Source: Escherichia phage HEMP5
Strand: one strand, 5' to 3'
Sequence record: OR424388.1
Length of the DNA stretch: 64,000 bases
Shown here: piece after piece, positions 27,726 through 37,463 of the stretch
Layout of the letters: the number at the start of each line of letters is the position of its first letter
Numbering within the stretch: position 1 is the stretch's first letter
Made by a program: the position numbers and the translations under genes
Notes under the pieces: model-generated
Told to the model about the DNA's origin: nothing
Databases searched by the model: none
Seen by the model: only the letters and a program-made list of their open reading frames with translations

Positions 27726-28211
27726 TCAAGTATTGTAAAACATTTGATTCAATCGCTTATATTGCCGAATCTTTTGGTCAGAAAAAGAAATTTGGGTTTC
27801 AAGCCATTCAATATATTCTGCCGCAGCTTGCATCAAATTTCCTTCATAGCCATCGTTATTTTCTTGTGCAGCTAATTTAGCTAATGCATATGAAATACGT
27901 TCACCTTGAAAATCGGCTTTAGGCTTCTGAACAACTTGATTAGTTCGCTCTACAACTTCTTCAATTTCGCCATTTTCTACTGATTCAGTATTCCACAAGC
28001 ACCAATACGTAATTGGCTTATCGTAGATGTTAATAATCTTTCCATCAGAAAGTTCAATTTCAATAATTCCAGTATCAGGCTCTATATCATCTTCACATTC
28101 TTTTGCAAGTTCACGAACTTTAAAGACAGTACCTGCACTAAGTTCCGGCCAGTAATTACACAGCCCTGTATCAGCACGATTAATTCTAAACCACTTATCT
28201 ACTGTAATCAT
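27726..28211 (-). CDS. pin: PinA-like protease inhibitor
   Basis: 161 aa from ATG (the six-frame ORF begins at an upstream TTG); same position and length as T4 pin. Confidence 0.7.
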   Translation of the reverse strand: MITVDKWFRINRADTGLCNYWPELSAGTVFKVRELAKECEDDIEPDTGIIEIELSDGKIINIYDKPITYWCLWNTESVENGEIEEVVERTNQVVQKPKADFQGERISYALAKLAAQENNDGYEGNLMQAAAEYIEWLETQISFSDQKIRQYKRLNQMFYNT

Positions 28212-28251
28212 GTCCCATCTCCATATCAATTAAGTCATTTATCGTTGGTTC

Positions 28252-28281
28252 ATTATATATTGTTTCTTCATCAGTGTAAAC
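28252..28281 (-). promoter_or_regulatory. T4-early-type promoter (-35 GTTTAC, 18-nt spacer, -10 TATAAT) upstream of pin
   Basis: Minus strand; consensus hexamers. Confidence 0.55.
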
Positions 28282-28334
28282 CGGTTCTTCCGGCTCTGGC
28301 TCTACAGTTTCCCATCTAGCCGCCCACCAAGGTT

Positions 28335-28655
28335 TTATAGCGTAATCCATTCTCGTACTGTCTGAGTTACTACACGTTCATGGGGCTCGACTAGTTCAAC
28401 AGTCGGAACTGCATAATACCAGTCAGAATGATAAGAACCTGACCGAGATTCATTTACAGCCACATGTACATTATGTTTTGGACTAAAGTAAACACACTGA
28501 CGATATTGACATTTACCATCTTGCACCCAGTCTTCTATTTCGACAGGTTTAAGATAATCGGAAAAATCGAAATCATAGTTTTCCGAAAATGCATCATGGT
28601 CTTCAATGATTTCGCTCAGAACTGCATCAACATCTAATTTATTTTCAATAGTCAT
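28335..28655 (-). CDS. hypothetical protein
   Basis: 106 aa; ATG start. Confidence 0.65.
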   Translation of the reverse strand: MTIENKLDVDAVLSEIIEDHDAFSENYDFDFSDYLKPVEIEDWVQDGKCQYRQCVYFSPKHNVHVAVNESRSGSYHSDWYYAVPTVELVEPHERVVTQTVREWITL

Positions 28656-28665
28656 TTTTCACCAA

Positions 28666-28836
28666 TTAATTTCGCAATTTATTAAGTTCTTCATCATCAA
28701 TCCAGGATTCTAGTCCTGATGGCAGGTCACATTCAATTTCCCAAAGAAGTTCTTCAATTTTCTGAAGACGATCTAGTTCTTCGGCTGGAATAGTAACCAT
28801 TGACGGAGCTCGTGATACATTAATATCGTAAATCAT
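28666..28836 (-). CDS. hypothetical acidic protein
   Basis: 56 aa from internal ATG; the six-frame ORF starts at GTG 28875. Confidence 0.5.
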   Translation of the reverse strand: MIYDINVSRAPSMVTIPAEELDRLQKIEELLWEIECDLPSGLESWIDDEELNKLRN

Positions 28837-28838
28837 AT

Positions 28839-29054
28839 TTACCCCAGTTTGACCATGCAATCGCCGTATTTCCACTTAGAAATAGACTTTTCGCCATTAG
28901 AATAATAAACTTCGAGTTTAGCACGATTATTTTTAATTTGAATAACCTTGGCTGTCATCAAAGTTCCATACCCATAATAAACTGCAACTTCATCACCTAC
29001 ATATACCGCGCTTCCGCGGTAATCATGAATATAGTCAGTTCCTTCGAGCATCAT
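28839..29054 (-). CDS. hypothetical protein
   Basis: 71 aa; ATGA overlap with the nrdC stop. Confidence 0.6.
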   Translation of the reverse strand: MMLEGTDYIHDYRGSAVYVGDEVAVYYGYGTLMTAKVIQIKNNRAKLEVYYSNGEKSISKWKYGDCMVKLG

Positions 29055-29314
29055 TTAAAATATTCTCGCAGTTGGTCAAATCCACCAATATGACTTCCAT
29101 TAGGAGCAAATACCTGAGGCATTGTCAAGCCGATTTGAGTATCACGACCTAGTTTAGTCAGAAGCTCAGCGATTTTCTCATCATCAAAAACACCTTTTTC
29201 CGGCATAATGTTGATAAATTCAAACGGCTGTTTCTTCACAGTCAAAAGACGTTTTGCATTATCGCAATACACGCATTTATGAATGTTGCTATCATAACCA
29301 TATACTTTAAACAT
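29051..29314 (-). CDS. nrdC: thioredoxin/glutaredoxin NrdC
   Basis: 87 aa; CVYC active site; matches recalled T4 NrdC. Confidence 0.9.
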   Translation of the reverse strand: MFKVYGYDSNIHKCVYCDNAKRLLTVKKQPFEFINIMPEKGVFDDEKIAELLTKLGRDTQIGLTMPQVFAPNGSHIGGFDQLREYFK

Positions 29315-29315
29315 A

Positions 29316-29558
29316 TTATTCCTTAATTCCTAGTACTTGTTTAAAAGTCTCGTCGTAATCAAGACTTTGGCCCGTTTGTTCTTTATGTTTGTATATAATA
29401 TCACTTACTTCTGATAGCATATTTTTATATGAACGAGTTAAAGCAGATTTAAGCACGCTGTATCTATCAGGAAATTTACCGTGTTCATTATAATAAGCTA
29501 TTGCTAATTCACGGACTGCCTTTTCAGCAGCCTCCATATATTCTTTACGCTTGGTCAT
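29316..29558 (-). CDS. hypothetical protein (nrdC.1 position)
   Basis: 80 aa; ATG start. Confidence 0.65.
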   Translation of the reverse strand: MTKRKEYMEAAEKAVRELAIAYYNEHGKFPDRYSVLKSALTRSYKNMLSEVSDIIYKHKEQTGQSLDYDETFKQVLGIKE

Positions 29559-29560
29559 TT

Positions 29561-29950
29561 TTAATCCAAAATATTATTAGGCATTGGTTGAACACTCACA
29601 AGTTCTTTAAAGAACTCAGTAGAGTCAGGCAATTTAACCATTTCCGGAGCATGCTTACTGAATTTATGTTTACATTGACGGCATTTATATTCAAGCTCTG
29701 GTTTACGCCAGTTAATCAACTGAACTTGTTCAGTACCGCATTCAGGGCAATTAGGAACGTTTTTAGAAGCTCTTTCACGTCGTTCAACCATAGCCATAAT
29801 AGCATCCCATGCTGGAGGTTTAAAATCTAAATCGTCGCAGCCGTGAATCTTTCCACGCATTTCCATATCATCTTCCTCACCAGCCATAATAATTTTAATT
29901 AAACTGGAATTACTTGAAGCTGCAATGTCTTCTAATAAACGCTTTTTCAT
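29561..29950 (-). CDS. zinc-ribbon protein (nrdC.2 position)
   Basis: 129 aa; CPECG...CRQCKH zinc ribbon; ATGA overlap upstream. Confidence 0.7.
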   Translation of the reverse strand: MKKRLLEDIAASSNSSLIKIIMAGEEDDMEMRGKIHGCDDLDFKPPAWDAIMAMVERRERASKNVPNCPECGTEQVQLINWRKPELEYKCRQCKHKFSKHAPEMVKLPDSTEFFKELVSVQPMPNNILD

Positions 29951-30876
29951 TTCAATACCTCAATAGCATTACGTAAACCATTTGCTTTTGCATTAAGAGC
30001 TTTTAACAATTTGGTGTGTTCTGCAATTTGGGCTTCAACTTCAATCAAACGGGCATTGAGATATTCACGTTCTTCACTCAGATTATCAACCTTTTCTACT
30101 TTAGGCTCTTTTACAACTGTCTTATATGTATTAGGGTTCTTCAGTTTAATTAGAATGCGTGAACTGTATAACATTGAACCATTATCTTCGGTTTCGTCAT
30201 ACATTTCCACTACGTCCATAATTTTTAACATCATGCGGAGTTTATAAGACAACGAACGAATAGTTTTGTTGTGCTTATTAATTTCTTTAGCTGTCATGGT
30301 GCCAAGATTACGTGAGTAATAATAAGGAACCTGGATATTAATTAATACTGATGAACCACCTGGCTTGTGTGTTACTTCATCAGCAATAACCCAGTCCTTA
30401 ACATGAACTGTATTTGTACGGTCATCGCCCGCGGTAAATAGTTTGCGAGCATGCTTAAAAAGCATATTCACTTGGTCATTGAATTGACAAGCAAATTTAT
30501 CAGCAAATTTAGTTTCAGGAATGGTAGAAAACCAATCAGCCAAATGAGTCTTTTTAACATCATTAACAATAGTAAATTCAACCAAATCGGTTATAGATGT
30601 CTCAGATTTAATGAAGCTCGGCTTCATAAAGTTTTTAATGTTCTCATGAGCTACAGTAGAAGATAACATACGAGAACGTTTAAACCATTCAAGCAAATTG
30701 CCTAACGAATGAGAATAAGCGTTTTGAGTATCTTTACAGATATGATTTTCCTGACCAACATATTGAAGGAAATCACGAAGAATATTATTGATTACTGCTC
30801 TGTGCCCGATCTGATAATTACGGTGTTTAGTAATAAGACTGTCAAAATAATCAATATAATGTTTACGAGTTTTCAT
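29947..30876 (-). CDS. hypothetical protein, paralog family member A with C-terminal coiled coil
   Basis: 309 aa; about 45-aa heptad-repeat tail; central motif KIMDVVEMY shared with neighbours. Confidence 0.75.
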   Translation of the reverse strand: MKTRKHYIDYFDSLITKHRNYQIGHRAVINNILRDFLQYVGQENHICKDTQNAYSHSLGNLLEWFKRSRMLSSTVAHENIKNFMKPSFIKSETSITDLVEFTIVNDVKKTHLADWFSTIPETKFADKFACQFNDQVNMLFKHARKLFTAGDDRTNTVHVKDWVIADEVTHKPGGSSVLINIQVPYYYSRNLGTMTAKEINKHNKTIRSLSYKLRMMLKIMDVVEMYDETEDNGSMLYSSRILIKLKNPNTYKTVVKEPKVEKVDNLSEEREYLNARLIEVEAQIAEHTKLLKALNAKANGLRNAIEVLK

Positions 30877-30928
30877 ATTCTTCTCACTTGGTTAATGGTT
30901 TATACTCCGAGCCATCCTTGGCTTTAAA

Positions 30929-31930
30929 TTACTTAATTAACTGTAAAGCTTGTTCAAGACGATCAAGACGATTAACGGATTCTTCCCAAATCTTTTTAGC
31001 CTGCTCATATTCTTTCTGCGCTTTATTAGAAATTTCTAGAACTTCTTTATAAGCTTTTTCTAGTGCAATAACTTCTGGACGAATTTCTACTGGTTCAGGC
31101 GAATCGTCAAGACATTCCATTAGTTCCTCGAGGGTAGTTTCTTCTTTAGGAGTATTCACAATTTCATCACATTTTTGTTGGTAAATTTCTTTATCAGTCG
31201 GTGAGTACGCACACTTTACTCCACGGAGACTAACTACAATTTTATATCCTTCCCAACCGCATATATTCTTAAAAGGATAAGTATGAATATTTTCTACTGT
31301 TTCCATACAAAGTAATGCGGTCTCTAACTGACGAGTTATATCGCTAGCAATTGAGAAAAATTTATTAATGTTCTTTTGATTAGCTTCTGGTGTAAAAAAT
31401 TCATAATTCACAAAAATAGCTGCTTTATTTTTATCAAGCTCATATTCTTTTATGATAATCATATCAGAAGCCCAAGGATGGATTTGACGATAATCACCAT
31501 AGCATAATTTAGAAGCTGATTTTAGAATTTGCTTCTTGAAAAGTCTAAAATTACTAATCCAACGACGAGTAAAAATATTCTCAGGGTCTTCTTTATTATT
31601 AAGATGATAAGAATTAACATCACCGAACCAACTGTATCCTACTACATCTTTAGTTCGTTTAATTTCTTTCCCAAATTTACCAAGAATATCTTGATTAACT
31701 AAATATGAAAGAAGACGAGAACCTTTAAAAGTTTCCTTAATATCATCTTTATATTCGCGACTAGAAATTTTATGAACTTCATGAATAAATTTGCTTGAAG
31801 AAACAATACTTGCATCAATATTATTGAGCCATTGATTGATAATGGAAATAACACTATTCTGACTAAACACAGGTTTAACTTTATCATCAATAACGCTATT
31901 GAATGATTTGATATATTCGTTACGAGTCAT
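30929..31930 (-). CDS. hypothetical protein, paralog family member B with C-terminal coiled coil
   Basis: 334 aa from ATG with GAGGAG RBS (the six-frame ORF starts at an upstream TTG). Confidence 0.75.
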   Translation of the reverse strand: MTRNEYIKSFNSVIDDKVKPVFSQNSVISIINQWLNNIDASIVSSSKFIHEVHKISSREYKDDIKETFKGSRLLSYLVNQDILGKFGKEIKRTKDVVGYSWFGDVNSYHLNNKEDPENIFTRRWISNFRLFKKQILKSASKLCYGDYRQIHPWASDMIIIKEYELDKNKAAIFVNYEFFTPEANQKNINKFFSIASDITRQLETALLCMETVENIHTYPFKNICGWEGYKIVVSLRGVKCAYSPTDKEIYQQKCDEIVNTPKEETTLEELMECLDDSPEPVEIRPEVIALEKAYKEVLEISNKAQKEYEQAKKIWEESVNRLDRLEQALQLIK

Positions 31931-31987
31931 ATTAATCTCCTCAGTAGAAAGTAAGAACATTATACCACATCCTTGTGGCAAAGTAAA

Positions 31988-33007
31988 CTAGTTTAGTGCA
32001 TTTAGTGCATTGTTCAGTTTAGAACGTTGCTTCGTAAGATTTTTGACTTTTTCTTGAGCTTTTTCTAGCATCTTTTCAGCTTCTAACACTTCATTAGTTG
32101 CTTTAACGAGTTCATCATCTACTGCCTTGATAGACTTCTCAATCGCATCCGCGTGCCATTTTTCAACAGGTTTAAAACTCGGATTTTCAACAGGAAGAAA
32201 ATTCACTTTATTGAATTTCCATGTATCTTTATTACCTGAACTATACATCCAAAATTTAGGATCGTTTGATGAGTAATTGGATAAATTTAAGATATCTTGC
32301 ACTTCCTGCTTTTTCTCTTGCGGGACTTCGTCCTTTCTCAAAAAATCGTATTTAAATGAAACGATCATATCAAGTTCATACGTTGTTGTATGTTCCCAAT
32401 TTCGCTCAAAATGAGGTAAAATCTTAGACTGAACCGCGGCAACTACATCCATATACTTAAATGCTTCTGTCAACTGTGATTTAAGGCATTCACAAATTGA
32501 AAGAGAATTTTTTGTATTAGGTTTAAAGCTAATTCGTGCAGTTCTGTTATTTTCTTTTAATGGTCTTACTTCCATCTGAAGAGTATAACCATCAAATTTC
32601 AGATTCTTTAAGTTAATATCAGAACCTTTTAATCGACTAGCCGTCGACAAAATTTGCTTTAATTGTTTACGGAATAGAGCAATAAATCTCCACTCAATAC
32701 GATAATGATTTGGATTGAAAAATCCAGATGATAAATCGACCTTACTCTGACCAACACCTTGAACAAATAGAGGATTTTTATAATCAATAGTTTTACAGAA
32801 ATCAGTGAGCTGCTCACGAGCAGTCATTTGTGTAATATACCCCGCTTTACTAAAATGACGTAATAATTCACTGCTATTTAGATATTTAAAGTGAATAGCA
32901 CGATTAACTTTATCAGGGTCTAAATTATTTTCACACAAAAATGTCATAACATTACGAGTATCGCTGCCAGTACGAACCATATCTTCAATTTGAGAACGAG
33001 TTTTCAT
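31988..33007 (-). CDS. hypothetical protein, paralog family member C with C-terminal coiled coil
   Basis: 339 aa; AAGGAA RBS; motif KYMDVVAAV. Confidence 0.75.
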   Translation of the reverse strand: MKTRSQIEDMVRTGSDTRNVMTFLCENNLDPDKVNRAIHFKYLNSSELLRHFSKAGYITQMTAREQLTDFCKTIDYKNPLFVQGVGQSKVDLSSGFFNPNHYRIEWRFIALFRKQLKQILSTASRLKGSDINLKNLKFDGYTLQMEVRPLKENNRTARISFKPNTKNSLSICECLKSQLTEAFKYMDVVAAVQSKILPHFERNWEHTTTYELDMIVSFKYDFLRKDEVPQEKKQEVQDILNLSNYSSNDPKFWMYSSGNKDTWKFNKVNFLPVENPSFKPVEKWHADAIEKSIKAVDDELVKATNEVLEAEKMLEKAQEKVKNLTKQRSKLNNALNALN

Positions 33008-33015
33008 GGTGTTCC

Positions 33016-33903
33016 TTAAGATTTAAGTAAATCAACAATTTTAATTAACTTTTCACGCTCAGATTTAGCTTTACTACTCAGTCCAGATAGTCTGAAAATT
33101 TCATCATCATATTGTTGAATAGAAATATTCAGCTCTTCAATCTGTTTATTAAAATAATCAATTTGTTCAGAATGTTTTTCGTTACTACGAACTGGTACAG
33201 GTTTTGTAGGCAATTTAGTTGAACTGGATTCATCCGGGCGATAAATTAAAACACAACTTGAACCAATAGGGCATTTTGCACCAGATGAATATTCTAATGT
33301 TCCAGCTTCTTTTAAAACTTCAAAAGCTAAACAGAGATGATGCCCCATATTAACATAATCTGTAGAGCGAGCTCTGATGTAATAATCATCGCCGCGAATA
33401 CTAAATTTAAAGCATTTAAGGTCTTCTGTATTATTGGTCTTAAAAATCATTTGTTTATCTAGACCTTTAGCTAATCGAGCGCCTAATGCTAATAATCGTC
33501 TTTGATTTTCCCACAAATCCGCAATCATTTGATCGAATGATAATTTTGGCATTAGTCGACCATAAAGGTCATATCCTTTATTATAATTACGAAGGATTTC
33601 ACTCGCATTAATACGAGACAATGCTCCAATTTTATTAAGGGCTTTCATAATGCGATTAGATAAACTCATTCCAGATCCGTTTGTTCGCTGCAAATGTTTT
33701 TCTAATCCAAATCCAATATCAACTTTAAACTTATCTAAAATTTCTGCATGAACATCTCTGTCAATAACATTCAAATCCAAAGTTGAGTTAAATCTATGAA
33801 AAAATTTATCTGGCTCTGCACTGCGAAATACAGTCCATTCATTTAATTTTTTATTAACTAAAGATTTAATTACTGCATTGACATTATTAATTACTACTGA
33901 CAT
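33016..33903 (-). CDS. hypothetical protein, paralog family member D with C-terminal coiled coil
   Basis: 295 aa from ATG with GAGGAAA RBS. Confidence 0.75.
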   Translation of the reverse strand: MSVVINNVNAVIKSLVNKKLNEWTVFRSAEPDKFFHRFNSTLDLNVIDRDVHAEILDKFKVDIGFGLEKHLQRTNGSGMSLSNRIMKALNKIGALSRINASEILRNYNKGYDLYGRLMPKLSFDQMIADLWENQRRLLALGARLAKGLDKQMIFKTNNTEDLKCFKFSIRGDDYYIRARSTDYVNMGHHLCLAFEVLKEAGTLEYSSGAKCPIGSSCVLIYRPDESSSTKLPTKPVPVRSNEKHSEQIDYFNKQIEELNISIQQYDDEIFRLSGLSSKAKSEREKLIKIVDLLKS

Positions 33904-33910
33904 ATTTTCC

Positions 33911-34318
33911 TCACTCAATTTCAATTTTACTAAATATACAGAATAAGATGGAACAGACTATATAAGCACCACACACAGATTGAACTAATACCATTCCAAA
34001 GAACCAAACAATATTATCAAACAATGTCTGTTTTACGTCGAAAGGACGTAAACTTACAGTAATATTATCACCTTTTTCTATTGAAGAATACATCTCTGGG
34101 GAAATATATTCACTAAATCTATAACCATCTTTGAGTTCATATACGGCAATAAACGATAAACTAGACCCTTTTCCTTGTGTTCCTGTAATGGTATTAACTA
34201 CAGTAACATCATAATCTTTATAATGCATATAATCATTAATTGCGTAATAACCATATGCAATTACTACACATAAACAACATATCAATAAATTCAATCTTTT
34301 AATTATCAACTGTTTCAT
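33911..34318 (-). CDS. membrane protein
   Basis: 135 aa; N- and C-terminal transmembrane helices. Confidence 0.7.
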   Translation of the reverse strand: MKQLIIKRLNLLICCLCVVIAYGYYAINDYMHYKDYDVTVVNTITGTQGKGSSLSFIAVYELKDGYRFSEYISPEMYSSIEKGDNITVSLRPFDVKQTLFDNIVWFFGMVLVQSVCGAYIVCSILFCIFSKIEIE

Positions 34319-34373
34319 AATAATCTCAATTAAAAGGGCTTAGAACCATTATACCATCCTTGGTATAAAGCGG

Positions 34374-34901
34374 TTATGCGAGTACCGTCTTTAACCGTTC
34401 TTCAAACTTCCGAAGAGTATTTTGGCGTTCAGCTCTTTGCTTTTTGTAAGTTTCAATACGCTCTGAAATGAGAGTGTATCGTTCATTTACTGATTCTTTC
34501 ATAAAATCAGGAATTTCACGAGAAGCTTTAATCTCGTCAAATTTATCAATAACAGCTTGCTCTTCAGCAATTAAGTTATCATACATTAAAATATCTTTCT
34601 TGATAAACTCAATATCTTCTTGAGTTACACGAGATAATTTAGATGCTTTATCCTTTTTGTACTGTTCGTTAGTATCACGAGACCAGTGTAATGTACGATT
34701 TTTATTCGTATTTTTGTAAATTTCTACAATACCGATCTCATCGATAATAACGATCCAATTCCAACGGGATTTGTAAATTTGTCCTCCATCAACAGTGATT
34801 TCACCTCCGATTGAGATGTCATTAAAGAACTTGCTTTGCGCTTCAGATTTAAATTTACCATCGTTGTAATTTACTAAGTTGAAAATATCTTTAGCGTTCA
34901 T
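34374..34901 (-). CDS. hypothetical protein
   Basis: 175 aa; GGAGG RBS; directly downstream of an early promoter cassette. Confidence 0.7.
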   Translation of the reverse strand: MNAKDIFNLVNYNDGKFKSEAQSKFFNDISIGGEITVDGGQIYKSRWNWIVIIDEIGIVEIYKNTNKNRTLHWSRDTNEQYKKDKASKLSRVTQEDIEFIKKDILMYDNLIAEEQAVIDKFDEIKASREIPDFMKESVNERYTLISERIETYKKQRAERQNTLRKFEERLKTVLA

Positions 34902-34929
34902 TTTCTGTTCCTCCGTAGTTGATAGTTGT

Positions 34930-34959
34930 ATAGTACCACAGAGGAACAGTCTTGTAAAC
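34930..34959 (-). promoter_or_regulatory. T4-early-type promoter (repeated promoter-leader cassette copy)
   Basis: -35 GTTTAC and -10 TACTAT with 18-nt spacer on the minus strand. Confidence 0.55.
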
Positions 34960-34961
34960 CA

Positions 34962-35264
34962 CTAAAAGAAACTTCTTTCACAATTTTTTCCACTGAACCA
35001 TGCGCTTACCGCTTTCTTAGTCTCAGGAGCAGTGTTATCCATAAACCATTCAAAGGCAGCCTTTTTATGATTCTGGAGGGCTTCTCGGGCTTTAATCTGC
35101 TCACGGTCTATTAACACTAACATATGAGCCTTTCTTGTCACCATGGGCTTCTTATGATTTTTTGAATACTCCCAGTCATTTGTCCATCGCATTGTCGTTG
35201 CGAACTTAAATACTGCTTCTTTAATTTTAGTTTCGTAAATTTCACGAGCCTTTGAGTATAACAT
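34962..35264 (-). CDS. hypothetical protein
   Basis: 100 aa from ATG with GGAGG RBS (alternative starts 1-4 codons upstream). Confidence 0.6.
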   Translation of the reverse strand: MLYSKAREIYETKIKEAVFKFATTMRWTNDWEYSKNHKKPMVTRKAHMLVLIDREQIKAREALQNHKKAAFEWFMDNTAPETKKAVSAWFSGKNCERSFF

Positions 35265-35365
35265 CATTACCTCCATTCACCAGTTTAATTCTAGTCATCT
35301 TTTTAATGGCAGTCCATATAATCTATTTCTGAACTGCCTTTTTGTCATAGAAGTCCTCTTATGAA

Positions 35366-36334
35366 TTATTTCAGAAGAGTAACCTCAGCAATTTCTTCCC
35401 AACCGTTTTTGTCGGTCATAATAAAGTCAGCAAGATAAAGAGCAGTACGCAGTGAAACATTGCGTAAACGATTAACATTAACTTTCATCCATGATAATGC
35501 TTTATAAGTTTCTTCATCAGAAAGACCGCGCTTTTGCATCATGTCAGTTGAAAGAATAACATCTTCAACCCTGACCATAATTTCTTCATTAGTGTGAACA
35601 CCCAAATCCAAATAAACCGAGCGGGACACTAATGCTTGTAAATGTGGAGCAAGTTTAGTACCACGGTCTAATTCGCGGTCAATGTCAACGTTTGTGATAA
35701 AAACAATCGTTCCTTTAAATTCAAACTCACGCTCAATGCCTTTTTCTTCTAAGTAAGAAGACGCAGTGCTCCAGCAGACTTTACGGGTCTCTCCGGTGTC
35801 CAGAGCAGCTTTCAGAAGATTAAGAATGTCCATATCAGAGAAAACATCCACATCATCAATCAAAAGGACAGAATTCTCTTCACGATTATTCCAAAGCTGT
35901 TCATAAAGACCAATACCAGAGATTTTACCATTAATGCTTTTATATTCAATGTATCCAATATCATTTGCTTTATTTAAAGCTTTATCTAAAGAATACGTTT
36001 TACCAATGCCTGCCGCACCAGAGATAATTAATGAACGAATGTTTCCGTTAATAATACCATTCGTCATCATTCCCATAACATTAAATCTTTTATTAATGCG
36101 GGTTTTCATATCTTCATACGATTCTTTAACTTCTTCAACTTTTACACCATCATATGAAATGTCTGATTTGTAAACCCAAACACCGCGACGTTTACCGTCA
36201 ATTTCAACAAAAACTTTACCATCTCCTTGTGCATCTACTGGAGCATTATCTGGGAACCATTCGCCTAAGAGCTCAAAAGTTCCAGAGATTTCTTTACCGA
36301 AGTAGATACCCTTATTGATAGTTACAGTTTTCAT
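35366..36334 (-). CDS. P-loop ATPase (Walker A GAAGIGKT, Walker B VLLIDDVD)
   Basis: 322 aa from ATG with GGAG RBS (MKTVTINKGIYF...); the six-frame ORF N-terminal extension is promoter read-through. Confidence 0.8.
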   Translation of the reverse strand: MKTVTINKGIYFGKEISGTFELLGEWFPDNAPVDAQGDGKVFVEIDGKRRGVWVYKSDISYDGVKVEEVKESYEDMKTRINKRFNVMGMMTNGIINGNIRSLIISGAAGIGKTYSLDKALNKANDIGYIEYKSINGKISGIGLYEQLWNNREENSVLLIDDVDVFSDMDILNLLKAALDTGETRKVCWSTASSYLEEKGIEREFEFKGTIVFITNVDIDRELDRGTKLAPHLQALVSRSVYLDLGVHTNEEIMVRVEDVILSTDMMQKRGLSDEETYKALSWMKVNVNRLRNVSLRTALYLADFIMTDKNGWEEIAEVTLLK

Positions 36335-36369
36335 TTTATTCTCCAAATCCGTATCAGTTGATAGTTGTA

Positions 36370-36399
36370 TAGTACCATAAAGCTTTATGCTTGTAAACA
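36370..36399 (-). promoter_or_regulatory. T4-early-type promoter (repeated promoter-leader cassette copy)
   Basis: -35 GTTTAC, -10 TACTAT; leader nearly identical to the 9781-9830 copy. Confidence 0.55.
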
Positions 36400-36423
36400 A
36401 TTTTGTGAAAAAATTTTTGAAAT

Positions 36424-36447
36424 AAAAAAGGGAGCCCGAAGGCTCCC
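36424..36447 (-). terminator. terminator hairpin GGGAGCC-UUCG-GGCUCCC plus U6
   Basis: 7-bp stem with UUCG loop immediately 3' of the nucleotidyltransferase gene stop; with the adjacent promoter forms a PeSL-like cassette. Confidence 0.6.
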
Positions 36448-36449
36448 TA

Positions 36450-37463
36450 TCATTTATAATAACTTCGGTGGTTTTCAAGATAAACCTGTTCGAGGAAATT
36501 ATTCCAAAAGCTCATATCTACTGTTTTAGGCATACCATTCTTAGAAGCTTCAGTAGATGCTGCTTCTACTTGATCGACCACATCTTCCAAAAACTCTTGA
36601 ACTGTTTTAAATGGATGTTTACCCAACTTCACGTCGAGAATAAATGGAGCATCTTGGAGTGGATAAACCAAGTCACCAGTTTTGTAAATTTCCAATAGTT
36701 GAAGTCCACCACGACAAGCATGACTCAGAGCTTTCCAGTCAATACCTTCATTGGCTTCGGCCTTACGAGCACGTTCACCATATTCAGCATCTAATTTGTT
36801 CAGTGACTGCTTAAGCTCAATAAGAGAAAGCGTTGTCTGATATTTACGACCCAACACTGTGTAGAACGTTTGTGGACCTGTTTTCTCATGATTATGGAAC
36901 ACCCATTCACAGAATTCGTTTTCTGGAAGACGATGCTTAATATCTTCAACTTTAGTGCGACGCTGCTTAATAGAACCATCTTCTTGGTAATCAACCCATT
37001 GCTCAGGGATTTGATTAACTACTTTCAATACATCACGTAATGCAGCCAAACGAGAACCCTTGACACCGTATTTAGAAGCTTGCTTGCGGACATATCCTAA
37101 ATATGATTTCATGTTAGTCGTATAAAAACGAGAACGGTTGTCTTGAATAAACTTCCACACATCAGGCAAATCAGATTTAACCACTAGTTCAGGTGGAGTG
37201 TGAAGCATATCCAACGCTACAGTTTCACCATCTGCCGCTAATTTAAAGAAATACTTAAGACTGTATAGTTCATGGTCAATATCATCTTTAGTGTTTTTAG
37301 ATGATGTGTTGTTAGTGTTTTTACTCATGTGCTCTTTGACATTTCCGATAAGAATATCGCGAGCAGGAGGAACAAAGATTTCTTTAAAATCTACATCAGA
37401 TTCTGGGGTAGAAGTTCCATAAAGATGACTACCAAAATAGCTTTTCATTACTGTTTTCATCAT
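36450..37463 (-). CDS. Pol-beta-superfamily nucleotidyltransferase
   Basis: 337 aa; GS-x9-DxD motif (GSHLYGTSTPESDVDF) and a downstream acidic residue (ALDMLH); ATGA overlap with the upstream gene. Confidence 0.8.
   Translation of the reverse strand: MMKTVMKSYFGSHLYGTSTPESDVDFKEIFVPPARDILIGNVKEHMSKNTNNTSSKNTKDDIDHELYSLKYFFKLAADGETVALDMLHTPPELVVKSDLPDVWKFIQDNRSRFYTTNMKSYLGYVRKQASKYGVKGSRLAALRDVLKVVNQIPEQWVDYQEDGSIKQRRTKVEDIKHRLPENEFCEWVFHNHEKTGPQTFYTVLGRKYQTTLSLIELKQSLNKLDAEYGERARKAEANEGIDWKALSHACRGGLQLLEIYKTGDLVYPLQDAPFILDVKLGKHPFKTVQEFLEDVVDQVEAASTEASKNGMPKTVDMSFWNNFLEQVYLENHRSYYK

Noticed and set aside
35366-36478. N-terminal extensions of six-frame ORFs (also 9537-9830, 657-1268, 57069-57680, 54710-55036, 50702-50977)
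   Set aside because: The extensions run through promoter/leader sequence or start at GTG/TTG without an RBS; an internal ATG with a good RBS, giving the length expected from T4, was preferred.
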